Shown here: one piece after another, positions 63,083-64,000 of the stretch | How positions within the stretch are numbered: the first letter of the stretch is position 1 | Layout of the letters: each line of letters begins with the position of its first letter | DNA from: a virus | Direction: 5' to 3' (one strand) | IMG/VR virus record: IMGVR_UViG_3300027963_004416 | Location: 32,001 to 96,000 of that record | DNA length: 64,000 nucleotides | Made by a program: the position numbers and the translations under genes | The notes under the pieces: model-generated | What the model saw: only the letters and a program-made list of their open reading frames with translations | The model's database searches: none | Told to the model about the DNA's origin: nothing

Positions 63083-63511
63083 ATGGCGTTAGTTAAACAG
63101 ACTAATAGAACAAAAAGCACAGTAGTACAAGAAGTAAAGTATTCAGATTTTACTAATAATATTCAGTCATTTTATGGTTCTAATGACGTAGCTCTAATTA
63201 AAAATGAAGATGCAGTTTCAAACTCTATTAGAAACTTACTTCTTCTTAATAGAGGAGAAAGATTCTTTGCTCCCGAAATAGGAAGCAATATTAAAGCCCT
63301 TTTATTTGAAAACATTACACCTATCACAACAAGCGCGCTTAAAAGTTACATTATTGAAACTATAGATAATTTTGAACCTAGAGCAAAATTAATAGATGTA
63401 ATAGTAGATGCTTCACCAGATGAAAACTCCTACTCAGTTACTGTGTATTTTTCTACCATAAATAAAACTGAACCTACAGTTATTGAACTATTACTTAACA
63501 GGATAAGGTAA
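63083..63511 (+). CDS. gp25: Baseplate wedge gp25
   Basis: SIRNLLL..RGERFF.P.IGS, NFEPRA. Confidence 0.92.
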   Translation: MALVKQTNRTKSTVVQEVKYSDFTNNIQSFYGSNDVALIKNEDAVSNSIRNLLLLNRGERFFAPEIGSNIKALLFENITPITTSALKSYIIETIDNFEPRAKLIDVIVDASPDENSYSVTVYFSTINKTEPTVIELLLNRIR

Positions 63512-64000
63512 TGGCAAACACTAGTATTAACCTAGTGTCTTTAGATTTTGAAAAAATCAAAGACAACTTAAAACAATACCTTCAGAGAAGTGATTCTCCG
63601 TTCAAGGACTATCTGTACGAAGGTTCAAACATTTCACAGCTTGTAGATCTACTTGCGTATAATGCATATCTACAATCCTTTTATACCAATATGGTTGCTT
63701 CTGAAATGTTCCTTGACTCGGCTCAACTAAGGGATAGCGTTGTCTCGCATGCTAAAGAGCTAGCTTATGTGCCCAGATCTTTTAGATCTGCTGTAGCCGA
63801 AATATCTTTTGTTGTAACACCAACTATCACTTTAGGTGCTCTCCTTATACCAAAGGGTACTACTTTTACATCAAAAGTAGGTAGTAATACTTTTTCTTTT
63901 GCTACAGAAGAAAATATAGTTGTACCTGCCAATACTGATGGGAAGTTTTATTCAAATATTAGCATTTACGAAGGTATTTACACATCAGACTCATTTGTAG
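63511..64000 (+). CDS. gp6: Baseplate wedge gp6, N-terminal part (runs off window)
   Basis: LDFEKIKDNLKQYL...EGSNIS.LVDLLAYN...EMFLDSAQLRDSVVSHAKEL.Y.PRS. Confidence 0.93.
   Translation, partial: MANTSINLVSLDFEKIKDNLKQYLQRSDSPFKDYLYEGSNISQLVDLLAYNAYLQSFYTNMVASEMFLDSAQLRDSVVSHAKELAYVPRSFRSAVAEISFVVTPTITLGALLIPKGTTFTSKVGSNTFSFATEENIVVPANTDGKFYSNISIYEGIYTSDSFV

Noticed and set aside
1-64000. Stop-codon reassignment
   Set aside because: Core genes are intact in the standard code, and TAA, TAG and TGA all terminate conserved genes

Overview
64 kb of a lytic T4-like myovirus genome, probably from an aquatic phage of a Gram-negative proteobacterium. It uses sigma70-type early promoters and T4-type (T/A/C)(A/C)TAAATA late promoters. 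In order the window holds: the C-terminus of helicase gp41; a late minus-strand cassette of envelope/secreted proteins; a GC-richer early region (4.6-15 kb) built from many small promoter+leader+ORF cassettes, with an iteron-like non-coding block and a structured candidate antisense RNA; a late block of putative capsid-internal proteins (ligase-like, nucleotidyltransferase, Dps); primase, ThyX, nested spanins, NrdAB and nucleases; a heptose/glycosyltransferase cluster; RNase H; an auxiliary island (pqqA, Bfd-like ferredoxin, permuted two-piece tmRNA, then an operon of ACP + three membrane desaturases + ketosynthase + diiron protein) running into the endolysin; gp33-MTase-gp59-gp32; and the tail/baseplate module (gp51, 26, 54, 2, 4, 48, 53, hub, 5, PAAR, 25, 6). 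The best candidates for undescribed biology are (i) the phage-encoded lipid biosynthetic gene cluster at 44.5-48.8 kb, (ii) a structured RNA at 13.4-13.6 kb whose hairpin loop is exactly complementary to the Shine-Dalgarno leader shared by the early cassettes, and (iii) a candidate -1 frameshift joining gp26 to gp51. All calls come from motif recognition by eye; no database searches were run.
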